The notes below the pieces were generated by a model that had not been told where the DNA came from, ran no database searches, and worked only from the letters and a program-made list of their open reading frames with translations. A stretch of 64,000 nucleotides of DNA from the human T2T-CHM13v2.0 reference genome, Homo sapiens, in NCBI RefSeq assembly GCF_009914755.1, contig NC_060927.1. The stretch is one strand, 5' to 3'. Below, one piece after another: positions 23,891 to 35,278 of the stretch. Numbering within the stretch: position 1 is the first letter of the stretch; every line of letters starts with the position of its first letter. A program made the translations under genes and the position numbers.

Positions 23891-24537
23891 CTGTGGGCAG
23901 AGCCCGGACAGTCACCACCCAAGGCAGGACACCCATGGCCACCCTAGATGGCAACTTAAACACAGGGCCCAGAGGGAGGCTGGGGAAGGATGCACAAGGT
24001 CTTTTTCATGTAAAAGAAGAGAAAAGCAGGGGCAGCCGTGGCCAGCATGCTGCTGTCTGTGTGGCCAGGTGCAGGATGCATGCGCTTGCCATGGACGCTG
24101 TGTCAGCCTCCAGCGCGCCAGAGCCCGCCACCTGCAGGGAGGTAGACAGGGCTGGGGGGGCTTCCCACTGCGGACACTGTGCCTTTTGAACCTCATACCC
24201 CATGAAAGAATTGCCCATTTTACAGAAGGAAGTTTCCATCACAGAAAAGGAAAGCTGCAATTTTGGGACTGGAGCTTGCACCTGAGTCTTGTACCTGCTC
24301 TCCGTATGGGACTTTATGTTCCTAAAGCACATGGAGAAACTGAGGCCCAGAGAGGCTGAGCCACCTGGCTGGGCCTCAGCATCCAGAAGGCCTGGCAGAG
24401 GCACAGTGAAGCCTCGGTCAGGATTTGCTGGGCCACCCATGGCACCTCCGAGTGAGGTGGGAGCCAGTGGCACTGGCCTGAGAGGCTGGGCCCAGGGTGG
24501 TGGCCCCTCCCTCCTCCTCCCTCCTCCTTCCTCCTAC

Positions 24538-24635
24538 CTGCTCTCTGGGCCTCCAAGAGGAAGGCATTGCCGTAGTCCCAGAAGAAGAACTTCTCCTCGG
24601 CCAACCTGTTGATGGCTGAGACTTGCCTCCTCAGG
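24538..24635 (-). CDS. UROC1: UROC1 exon 12
   Basis: (S)LRRQVSAINRLAEEKFFFWDYGNAFLLEAQRA|gtagg; 98 nt; DYGN motif. Confidence 0.97.
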
Positions 24636-25175
24636 CTGCAACAAGCCATGGGTCAGCACCACCGCTGTGAGGCCCTGGGGCCTCCCCAATGTGGCACCCT
24701 CAGTCGCACCCGCCATGCTCCCCACCAACTTCCAGCCCCACTGCCTGGACTGCTCCTGCTCCTCGGGTCGGCACCACACACCTGGAATGCCCCTGCCCCT
24801 GTCATCTGTTTAGAACCTCTGCACCTTTCAAGGCCCAGCTGGCAACTCCCTAAACAAGCATTTCCTGGTCCCCAACCCCATCAGGCCCTGGGGAAAAACA
24901 GATGCCCCAGAGAGGTCTCACACCCCAGCATCTACTTGGCGCCATGCCGGGACTACACTGGGCATTCAGCAAATGTCACTCAGCTTGTCCCCCTGCACTG
25001 CCGAGAGGTAAGTGTGTCATGACTCCGTCTGATGGGTGGAGGCAGAGGCTCAGAGAGGTTAAGGTCTTGCCCAAGGCCAAGCAGCTGGTTGCTGGAGAAC
25101 TAGGTGGTGGCCAGAGCAGGACAAGGTGGTCTGCCCAGGCCAAATGCTTCTGCCACCCCCAACTCCAAGTAGCAC

Positions 25176-25355
25176 CTTTCCTGGACCAGGTCCTTGAACA
25201 CAGCAGGGTTGGAGGCCATGAGGCTCTGGGCCTCCGTGAAGCTGAGCTGCACAGGGTAGTAGCCGCCATTGAACGGGTTGTGGCAGGATGTCTGATCTGA
25301 CCCCAGGTCCACCAAGCACTCCCCCGTCGTGTCCAATTCGTGGACCAGGCGCTCC
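25176..25355 (-). CDS. UROC1: UROC1 exon 11
   Basis: (W)ERLVHELDTTGECLVDLGSDQTSCHNPFNGGYYPVQLSFTEAQSLMASNPAVFKDLVQE(S); 180 nt; DQTS-H motif. Confidence 0.97.
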
Positions 25356-25698
25356 CTGGGGAAGCCATGCGGTGGTCAGTGCAAGCCACACACAGCCTGG
25401 GCCCAGAGTCTGGGGCCAGCCAGGTGGGGACCCTAGCACATTTTCCCACCCACAAATCCAGCAGGCACAGCCCGAGCCAGACCCTGCTTTCCCCCTGGAA
25501 AGAGAACCTACGGGAAGGCTGTGGGCAGGGCAGGGACGGCTGCCTCAAGCTTGGGTAAGGGTGTGGGCCAACAAGGGTGGCGCTGAACTGGGGCTCAAAG
25601 CTTTGTGTCCCGGCAGCTCCTGGTCAGCATTGAGGTCTTTGCTCAGGGGGCCCCATCTGGGTTCCCAAGCTGGCCATCAACTCCCAACCCCCACTCAC

Positions 25699-25761
25699 CA
25701 AAGAGCCACCACGTTGCCATGGTAACCAAGGCTGAGCACCTCCTTTTTTTTCCTTGCTTCC
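25699..25761 (-). CDS. UROC1: UROC1 exon 10 (alternative upstream acceptor extends it to 25793)
   Basis: (R)EARKKKEVLSLGYHGNVVAL(W)|gtgagt; 63 nt; a second AG at 25795-25794 adds 32 nt. Confidence 0.96.
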
Positions 25762-26281
25762 CTGGAAGGACACAAAAGCAGAACAGGTGCCCCCTGCACC
25801 TGTGCATAGGTGCCCCAGACACACCTGCACCCCAGCTGCACACAGGGGCAGACCCAGGAGGCCACCAGAGGTGTTGTGTGCAAACGTGGGGGCCATGGGG
25901 CTGGGCCATGAAGCATGCCTGCAGGACCCCGACTTTTGTCCAGGACACAAAACTATAAAGGGAAAATCCAGACCCAAATTCCCCAGACCAGAAAACCCAC
26001 ATGGCAGTGGCAAAACTGCCTGGGCGATCCATGGAATTCGGGTTATTGATGTGGGTCCTCCACAGGGATCTTTACAGAACCCACCCAAGGTGGTCCCAGA
26101 GTTGCAGGATTCACTAAAGATGATTCCCAAAATTATTCGGAAAAATAGGACAGGAAAAATCAAAGCATATTTTGGGAAACAGAAGATTTGAACAGGCCTT
26201 GCAGGTAGTAGAGATATCAAAAAGCAGCAATGCACAGGGAAGGTGGTATGGTCCCCATGAAAGAGCAGATTGAATGCTTAC

Positions 26282-26429
26282 CAGGAGTGGCCTGGAGAAG
26301 CCCGAGGGAGCCAGGCACCTCCCCTCCCCCAGGGGTGCAAGGTTGACAAAGCAGGAAAGGACACACAGTCCCAGGGCAGCAGGGAGGCCGGCCCAGCCCA
26401 GGGCTTGTTGCAATCCCAGCTGAAGGACC
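26282..26429 (-). CDS. UROC1: UROC1 alternative cassette exon (long isoform)
   Basis: ttcccacag|G-VLQLGLQQALGWAGLPAALGLCVLSCFVNLAPLGEGRCLAPSGFSRPLL|gtaagc; 148 nt, in phase with exon 9; with the 32-nt exon 10 extension totals 180 nt = 60 aa, matching my recollection of a 736-aa annotated isoform. Confidence 0.75.
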
Positions 26430-26539
26430 CTGTGGGAACCGTGAGCAGAGCTCACTCCATTCCCATGGGTCTTCCTCAGCTCGGGGGTTGCGGAAGTGTG
26501 GCAGACAGGTTGCTCGAGACAGTTCCTTAAACTGATTTT

Positions 26540-27542
26540 GATGTATGTGTATGTGTGTGTGTTCATGTGTGGATGTGCATGCATTTGTACATATATATGT
26601 ATATATGCGTGTATATGCATATGTGTATGTATGCATGTGAGAATATATGTTATGGGCATGTGCGTGTGTGTGTTGCGTGTGTTTGTGTGTGTGTCTGTGT
26701 GTGTTTATGGTGTGTGCATGTGTCTGTGTGTTTATGTGTGTGTGTGCCTGTGTGTTTATGTGTTTGTGTGTGCTGTGTGTCTCTGTGCATGTTTATGCAT
26801 GTGTGCATGTGTGTTGTGTGCGTTTGTGTGTTTGTGTTACATGCATGTTTGTGTACATGTGTTTACATGTGTTTATGTGTTGTGTGTGCATGTATGTGTG
26901 TTATGTGTTTGTGTTTATTATGTATATGTGCATTGTGTGTTGTGTGTGCATGTGTGTGCATACGTATTGTGTTTATGCATGTTAGTGTGTATGCATGTGT
27001 GTGTTATGTCTGTATTTATGTTTGTGCATGAGTTATGTGTTTATGCATGTTTGTGTTTGTGTGTGCATGTGTGTATGTCTGTGTCTGTATTTATGTGTAT
27101 GTGTGTGTTTATGTGTGTGCATGTGTGCACTCTGTGTGTGCCTGTGTGTGCATGCATGTGTTGTGTGTCTGTTTATGTGTGTGTCTATGTATGTGTTGTG
27201 TGTTATGTGTCTGTTTATGTGCATGCATGTGTATGTTGTGTGTGTTTGTGTGTGCAAGTATGTGTGCATGTGTGTGCTGTGTTCTCTGTGTATGTGTGCT
27301 TATGTGTGTTAAGTGTGTTCATGTGTGTTACATGTGTGTTGTGTGTTTGTGTGTGCAAGCTTGTGTGCATGTGTGTGCTGCATTCTCTGTGTATGTATGT
27401 GCATGTGTGTGTTGTGTGTTTATGTGTGTGTTATATGTGTGTTTATGTATGTGGGTGTGTCTGTGTGGTTATATGTGTGTGCATGCATGTTGTGTGTGTT
27501 TATGTGTGTGCGTTTATGTGTGTGTGTGTGTACATGCACACA
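26540..27542. repeat. ~1-kb degenerate (TG)n/(TATG)n tract
   Basis: Continuous TG-rich alternating purine-pyrimidine low-complexity sequence in UROC1 intron 9. Confidence 0.97.
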
Positions 27543-28475
27543 CTCAGGATGCTAAACAGCCTGAATAGGGATGGGAGTTAGGTCGGGGAAGCCCCTCACA
27601 GCACACCTGGAGTGTGGAATTTCTTCTATCATTGATGAAAAATTATCTGAGAGTTCTAAAGAGGGTGCAATGTGGTTGGATTGGTATGTTAGAATGATAG
27701 GTCAAAATAGTTCACTGCATCGTTTCTCAAATTTTGTTTACATTTTCATCAGAAACAGCTTTTAAGCCCCTGTGGAGATTCTAGTTGAAGCCAGGTGGGC
27801 AACCACTGCACCGATGTGTCTTCCCGTAACAGGACTCTGCTCTGCGCAGTAAATTAATTGAGAGGATGCTTCAAAAGTGGCATCCGAGCAGGAGCCCCCA
27901 AGGCAGTCTTCCCACCATCCCACTGAAATACCTCTGAAGACTTTGCCTAGGGTTGAGGCGGAGAAACCCACCGACTGCCCCTCAGCACCGTGGGTGAAGC
28001 TCTGCCCTGGAGCACAGGGAGGGAGTGCACGCCTCACAGGCTCGCCACTGCAACAGCGCAGGGCAGCCCCTATCAGGCCGGGTGGCTCTGCGAGCCCACA
28101 CAGCAGGGAAAAGAAGATTCATGCTTCGCAGAACCAGGTAAGAGCATGGGAGCCCCAAGAAGGCTACCTGAAGCCCATCAAGGCCAAGTGTCTGACACCA
28201 AGCCCACAGCCCAGTGGCTGCAGCCGGCAATGACGGAATGTTGGAGGCCCTTCCAGAGGCTTCTGCCCTATCACCACCCGCGGGTCAGCCCTTGTGTGCG
28301 TGTGTGTGTGTGTGCGCATGTATATGTACATGTGCATGTATGTGTGGTGCCCACATGTAGCCAGCTGTCAGGCATTAAACAGGCCCACACCAAGCTGCCC
28401 CATGGGGGTCCTCTTGTGGTCTCCTGCTGCCACGTGTCAGGTGTCAGGTGTCCGGAGTTGAGCTTGGAGCTGTAC

Positions 28476-28564
28476 CTGAGCCTCTGGATGCAGCGGTCCA
28501 AGCTGTCAGTCACTTCCATCAGCCAGCCCTGCCTGTGGCGTTTCTCAAGGGCTGCTTTATCCAC
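28476..28564 (-). CDS. UROC1: UROC1 exon 9
   Basis: VDKAALEKRHRQGWLMEVTDSLDRCIQRL(R)|gtacag; 89 nt. Confidence 0.96.
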
Positions 28565-28899
28565 CTGGGGCCATGAGACATGGGGCCACGAGACATGGGG
28601 CCACCCGGTTACAAATCTTCCCTAAGTGTATCATCCTCAACTAGGAAGGTGTCATCCCCTGTAGGTCCCTTGCTTTTCTATAACACAGTCTCAGGGAAGA
28701 CACCATGAGCTGCCCTCCCTCTATTTATTCCTTCTCCCACCTCCCTTATAAGCAGAACCCAGGTAGTGTTCAGGGTGACACGGTTCAGCCCCAGGAGATG
28801 GTCTACGTCCAAGCTAATCACAAGGACTTGTCCACGATCTCCATCCTCCCTTGCAGATAAGAACATCGATTTCAACTAAGACTGACCAATGAGATAAAA

Positions 28900-29175
28900 G
28901 GAGGGGGTTTGGAGACATGACTTTCCTGAAAAAATAGAGTCATAGCAGACACTTCCCTTCTCACCTCTTCCTGCCTTGAACATGGATAGGATGGCTAGGG
29001 TAGGGGCAGCCATTGTTTCTACAAGGGAAGCCCAAAGGAATCAAGAGATATTAACATCATTGAGCTGCCAAACCAATGCCAACACTGTTGGTTACGTGAG
29101 AAAAATAAAACCCTATTTACACAAGCCGCTGTAGGTAGGTTTCTTGTTACCTGCAGCTTGGTGCACTCCTAACAA
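28900..29175 (+). mobile_element. MLT1-type MaLR LTR fragment
   Basis: cttcctgccttgaacatgga...gcagccatt and 3' aaataaaaccctattt...aagccgctgtagg...ttcttgttacctgcagc. Confidence 0.6.
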
Positions 29176-29324
29176 GCACAGGTACGTATGATGTAGGTTT
29201 GGCATCAACTGAGTGCAAATCCCACTGGCACATATCGCCAAGCCTTGCCTCAAGGCTCCTTGCCTCCTCCACTTCCGACTTCCCTTCCTCTCCTTAGCAC
29301 CCACCAAAGAAAGATGCGAGAGCC

Positions 29325-29731
29325 TACTATAGTTGGGATATATTTGTCCCCCAAACCTCATGTTGAAATTTGATCCCTGGTGTTGGAAGTGGGGCCTGAT
29401 GGGGGGTGTTTGGGTCATGGGGCAGCTTCCTCATGAATGGCTTGATGCAGTCCTTGCAGTAATGACTGAGTTCTTGCTCTGTTTGTTCCTACAAGAGCTG
29501 GTTGTTTAAAAGGTCCAGCACCTCCCTCTCCTCTCCCTGCTCTCCCTCTCTCACCGTGTGACCCACCAGACCCCCTTCACCTTCCACCATGAGTGGAAGC
29601 TTTCTGAGACCTCAACAGAAGCAGATGTGGGCACTATGCTTCATGTACAGCCTGCAGAACTGTCAAACAAACCTCGTTTCTTTATAAATTAGCCTCAGGT
29701 GTTCCTTTATAGAAACTCAAATAACTAAGAT
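29325..29731 (+). mobile_element. MST-type MaLR solo LTR
   Basis: tttgtcccccaaacctcatgttgaaatttgatccc...gtacagcctgcagaactgt...tttctttataaattagcctcaggtgttcctttatag...actaaga. Confidence 0.85.
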
Positions 29732-30185
29732 GATGCGGCCACTGAGGGAAAGCTGCCTGCACTCACCTCTATGGAGGGTGACCTCTCTGCCTCCCCACCT
29801 GTTCAAGGTGGGGAGTCTATGAGTTCATTTATTCACACACATTCATTCCCTCCCATCTGTATTCCAGGGATGTGGTGGGATACAGGAAAGCTATACCCAT
29901 AAATAGACGGTCAGAGTTTTGTGGTCAGAGTTTTGTGGGAGGGCAGTCGATAGGCATTGCCCATGCAGGGTGATGGGCACTTTGAAAGCAGGAAGCTTAT
30001 GCCGCCCATGGGAACCCACCCAGTGAGGTCCAGTGGGGCTTCGTGGAGGAGGCAAGGGTGGCCTGGGCAAGGAAGGATGAGAAGGGGGGTCTGTGGTGTA
30101 AGTGATCCGGGAGGAAGAAGGGAGGGAGGGAGGGAGGGAGGGAGGGAGGCAGGCAGGAGCGAAGGCCAGGAGCCCCCCAGCTTAC

Positions 30186-30329
30186 CTCTGCTATCACACC
30201 GATGCACCCCACGATGACTGCGGCCTTGGCCTGAGCCCCACTCATTCCGCCGAGCCCAGAGGTGACAAAGACCTTCCCAGCCAAGTCCTCGATGCCCAGG
30301 TACCGACGTGCAGCATTCAACACGGTGAG
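30186..30329 (-). CDS. UROC1: UROC1 exon 8
   Basis: LTVLNAARRYLGIEDLAGKVFVTSGLGGMSGAQAKAAVIVGCIGVIAE|gtaag; 144 nt; GLGGMSGAQ NAD-binding glycine-rich loop. Confidence 0.97.
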
Positions 30330-30429
30330 CTGCAGGGAGAAGAGGTGGGGGCTCACTGCCCACTCCCAGCCCGCCCCCTCCACCCCCCATGCTGGGAAGC
30401 CCACAGCCAGGCGTGGCCCCATCTCTCAC

Positions 30430-30496
30430 CACAGTGCCATGAACGATTCCCTGGGGACCGATGTAGCAGTAGCTACCTGCTGTCATCTGGCCGTAC
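30430..30496 (-). CDS. UROC1: UROC1 exon 7
   Basis: (M)YGQMTAGSYCYIGPQGIVHGTV|gtgag; 67 nt; YGQMTAGS..YIG.QGI urocanase signature. Confidence 0.97.
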
Positions 30497-31281
30497 CTGA
30501 CCACAGGGAGAGAAGCCAAGCCCAGGGCTCAGCCAGTGCCAGGCCCAGGTCCTCCCAGCCACTCCTTTTAGGAGGTTGAAAATTAGTATTTAACTACCCA
30601 ATAGGCATTAATATATTCTCCTTCACATAAAATAGAGAGAGCACAGAGAACACAAGAAGGCTATGGACACCCTTGTCCCCTCTCGCCTTCCAGACATTTT
30701 ACAAGCAGATTTTGTTCTGTTAAAAACTGTAGTGTAATTGGTGAAGAATTGTTTTGGGGAATATTTGGCTGTATAGACTCCAGCTGAACGTGTGCAGCAT
30801 GCCCACACTACATGCTTACGCCAGGCAGAGACACACACAAGGATGTTCACCGCAACTTTAGGCACAAGGGCCAAGACCTGAAGCTGCTGAGATGCCCCTC
30901 CACCGGAGACGAGAGAAGTGAGTGGCGGAAACACCACATGGCAGAGAGGGACAGGGCCCTGCACTGTGCCCATGGAAGCAAGACAGATTGGGAGGCAAAA
31001 GGGTTAAATAAATTAGTGCAATTGAACATTGCAGGTAAAGGAAGAATACATGAGATCTGCTTCCTGAAATGCAGCAATCTCCTAGCTCTCTTGTGAAGGT
31101 GGGAAAGGCAAGGCACAGAGGCCGGCTCGAATGGTCTAACCACCTAAATTGCCAAGCCCACATGCATAGAAAGTGTTTGGAAGAACACAGGAGACACTGT
31201 CAACTGGAGAATCTAGGACGTAAGAGGGATCTCCTTTTCAGTGTAGCTCCATTTATAATGCTTAATGAAATACTTTGCATT

Positions 31282-31580
<299 letters not shown>

Positions 31581-32225
31581 GAAATAGTTTGCATTACCTC
31601 TATAACAAATGAAAAGCTTTCATTCCCTGAGAGGGGCTGTGCGAGACCTCTCTGGGGCACTGGCCGCATTCTGTGCCTAATGGTTTTGGTTGCACAGATG
31701 CACACTTTGTCAGAACCCAAAATGTGGTGCATGTAAGATGTGTGCATCTTATTACATGCAAGTTTCACCTCAAAAGAAAAAAAACATAAACAAACGTTGA
31801 ATTCCCGTCAGTAATATTTTCAATTGACTGTGAGATGCATAAAAAAAAAAAAAACAAGTTGAATGGATGGATAGGCAGAGGGACAGATAGCCACATGATA
31901 AAGTGAGTATGGTAAGTAGCACATTCGTCACAGAAATTCGGTGGTATTCACTGTAAATTCGGTCAATTTTCGCATGTTTGAAATTGTTCATAATAAAATG
32001 TGGAAAAAGGCAGGATCTAAATTTGTAGGTTCTCTTGCATTCAAGAATATAAAATTTGTAAGCATATACATAAAACTACTAGGGAATATGTAAAAATAAA
32101 ATTAATTATGCTACAGTTCTGTGACTATGTCTTTCAAAACTTGTATTTAATATCACCATTTTGCTTTATAATGACCCATGGCTAACGGGGAAACACGGTG
32201 TAAACAGACTGAAATAGTGACTTAC

Positions 32226-32287
32226 ATTGTAACCCCCAAGGCAAAGAGCTTCTCATACTCCGTCCGGGAGGAGTAGTTGGGAATGAC
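32226..32287 (-). CDS. UROC1: UROC1 exon 6
   Basis: VIPNYSSRTEYEKLFALGVT(M)|gtaagt; 62 nt. Confidence 0.97.
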
Positions 32288-32450
32288 CTGGAGAAGAGGA
32301 TGGGGGCAGACAGAGGGGCTGAGGGCTTGGAGGGCGAGCACAGAGCCCTGGGGATGATGCACAGCGTTGGGGCACTGGGCTTTCTTTCCAGCGTCTGCAC
32401 CCTCTCTTTGGAGCCCTGGGCAGGTGCTGTGCCACCTGCTGGGGACCCAC

Positions 32451-32579
32451 CATCCCATTGGTGATGACGAGCCGTGGGGCACTGCGGCTGCTGGGAAAGA
32501 GGCCAAGTGGGTGCCCACTGTACATGACCAAAGTCTGCTCCTCTGTCATCTTCGACAAGTAGAACATGGTCAGCCAGAA
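32451..32579 (-). CDS. UROC1: UROC1 exon 5
   Basis: FWLTMFYLSKMTEEQTLVMYSGHPLGLFPSSRSAPRLVITNGM|gtgggt; 129 nt. Confidence 0.97.
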
Positions 32580-32899
32580 CTGGGGGAAGAGCAGAGCGTG
32601 GGGATTCTGTCAACAGAAGCAGCACCCCACACCCAGCCCCACACCACCGTCCACGCCTGGACAGCTCCCACAGGCCCCCAGGTCTCCATTCCACTCCAGT
32701 GGCCCTGGTGCCTCCCTCAACACCACCTCGCCCATTCCTATAATCTGAAATTTCCCCACACAATCTCCAATGCTGGAGCCTCAGGCACCAGGGAGGCAGA
32801 GGCCTGCATCCTGAGCTGTGGGTTTGTAAGCTCCTAGGCCAGAGGACCAGACTAGAGGAAAGGCCAGGGGTGGGGACGAGGCCACACGGTGTGCAGTAC

Positions 32900-32959
32900 C
32901 TGAGCCCAGTTGCTGAACACCTGCCCATTTCCTCCATAGGTCACCAGCTCCTGGGGAAA
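32900..32959 (-). CDS. UROC1: UROC1 exon 4
   Basis: FPQELVTYGGNGQVFSNWAQ|gtactg; 60 nt. Confidence 0.97.
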
Positions 32960-33414
32960 CTGAGGAAGACACGGGGTCATCTGAGATGAGGGCCTGGGAA
33001 GGGCCTATGGAGTTGCAGACAGGGAGAGAAAGGGCCCCCATCCCCTGGGGGCCCAATGGGACAAGGAGAGAAGCCAGAAGGGTGAGGCCCAGGGACGGAC
33101 ACATCTGCAAGAACACCGGCCCCAGCTGCAACTGGAGCAAGGGTTCAGCTTGGGGTCAGGGGCAGATCTGGGTCTGGGGTCACTCTGGGAACTCAGCCTG
33201 GGGTCAAAGGCAGGGTTGATCTGTGACCAGGGTCTGGGGCCAGGGCCAGGGTTTAGGGCGTTCCCACCTACTAGGCGAAGTGGTCACATTCTGGCAACAT
33301 ATCACCCCCAAGGAATGCAGGGACACACCCCAGAGGCATTCCATTCTCAAATATGGGCAGCTGCTCTATAGACTGGCTCAGGGTGCCCAAGACAGGCACA
33401 TGGGGCCAGATCCA

Positions 33415-33850
<436 letters not shown>

Positions 33851-34068
33851 TGCAGCCACAGTGACTTCCTGGTTTTGAGGCTGTACTATAGACACGGATG
33901 CAAACACTGGGGGAAGCCGAGGGAAGGGCCAGGGACCTCTCTTACTAGCTTTGCAACTTTCTGTGAATCTATAATTATCTCAAAATTAAGAGCTTAAAAG
34001 CATGACACGTGTGTCTCGTGTTCTGTTTCTGCTGGACAGTGCTGGGCCTCGGTTTCCCTGGCTATTAC

Positions 34069-34162
34069 CTGGGCCACGGCAGGATCCAGGTTGTTCATAA
34101 TCATGTGCATGATGGCGGCAGCCACTTTCGTCTGGCAGGGGTACTGCTCAATCGGGTAGGCC
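34069..34162 (-). CDS. UROC1: UROC1 exon 3
   Basis: (R)AYPIEQYPCQTKVAAAIMHMIMNNLDPAVAQ|gtaat; 94 nt; NNLDP.VA motif. Confidence 0.97.
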
Positions 34163-35147
34163 CTGCAAGGGAAAGCCCAACCACCAGGCTGCCCTTCCCG
34201 CCAAAGCACAGCATCTAGCCTGGCCCCGCCCAGCCCCTGGCCGCTCAGGCAAGGATAGCCGGACACGGGGCCTGCAGAACTAGCTAGGAACGTACAGTGG
34301 GGGCTCCAGAGCCACTAGGGCTGAGGGAGGTGGCGTTCAGGCCCCAACCCACCCTGCTCTCCCTCCCCACTTGGCACACTCCACCTGGGAGACAGCTGCT
34401 GGCAAAGCAGAACTGATGGCTGCTCTCCAGAAGCCTCTCCGTCTGGGTAAGCAGAGTTTATTCATTTGTTCTTTCATTCATTCAACAAACACTTTTGGGC
34501 ACCAATTCTCCAGCAGGTGCCAGGCCCGGAGGTACTGGCTGGAGTGAGGAACGTGGCTCCTACTTTAAAGGGAACAACCCTGGGATGACTCAAAGCAAGC
34601 CTGGGCCGCTGGCACCTTCAAGAACAATGAACTGCAGAAACGCAGACTCGAAGCTCCACCCCAGAACTGCTGGGTCTGAAACTGGGGTGAAGCCTGGCAG
34701 CCCATGTTCCCACAAGGCCTCCAGGGGTGCTGTGCACACTGTGGTTTGAGACCCTTATCGAGATCGTGAGGTATTTGAAGTCACTGCCAGAGCTCCCCAA
34801 AGCTCTCCCTGCCCTCTGGCAGAAAAACAAGCCATGGTTTTTAAAAGGGGTTTTGTATACAATTTGTCTCCAGAATTGCACAGGACTGGCTGCTCAGGAC
34901 AGATGGGCCGGGCCTGAGAGACCTGAGAAGCTGCCCCTATCTTCTGGCAGGCTCAGGGCGGCAGCCAGCGCTGGGCTCCGGCTCCCGAGGCGACGACACA
35001 GAATCTTCCCTCCCCTGCCTCCTGGTCTGGACAGACTGGGTTTCCCCCTCACTGCCGACTCCCTCCTTGTTCCTGGCCCCCAGCACAGTCCCTTGCGGGA
35101 GCTGCCTGCCCCTCGGGTCCCTTTGAAGCTGTACCCACAAGGCTGAC

Positions 35148-35278
35148 CTCATTTCAATGTCGGGGCAAAACCGGTACATGTAGATGTGTCCGTACAGTTG
35201 CAGCTCCTGGGCAAACTCTGGGGCCAGCAGCTCCTGGACATCCGGGGGGAAGTAGCGCAGGGCGTTCCTCAGCGCCAG
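35148..35278 (-). CDS. UROC1: UROC1 exon 2
   Basis: LALRNALRYFPPDVQELLAPEFAQELQLYGHIYMYRFCPDIEM(R)|gtcag; 131 nt. Confidence 0.97.

Noticed and set aside
26496-27581. 361-aa Cys/Val-rich ORF
   Set aside because: Translation artefact of the (TG)n tract; overlapping ORFs occur in several frames.
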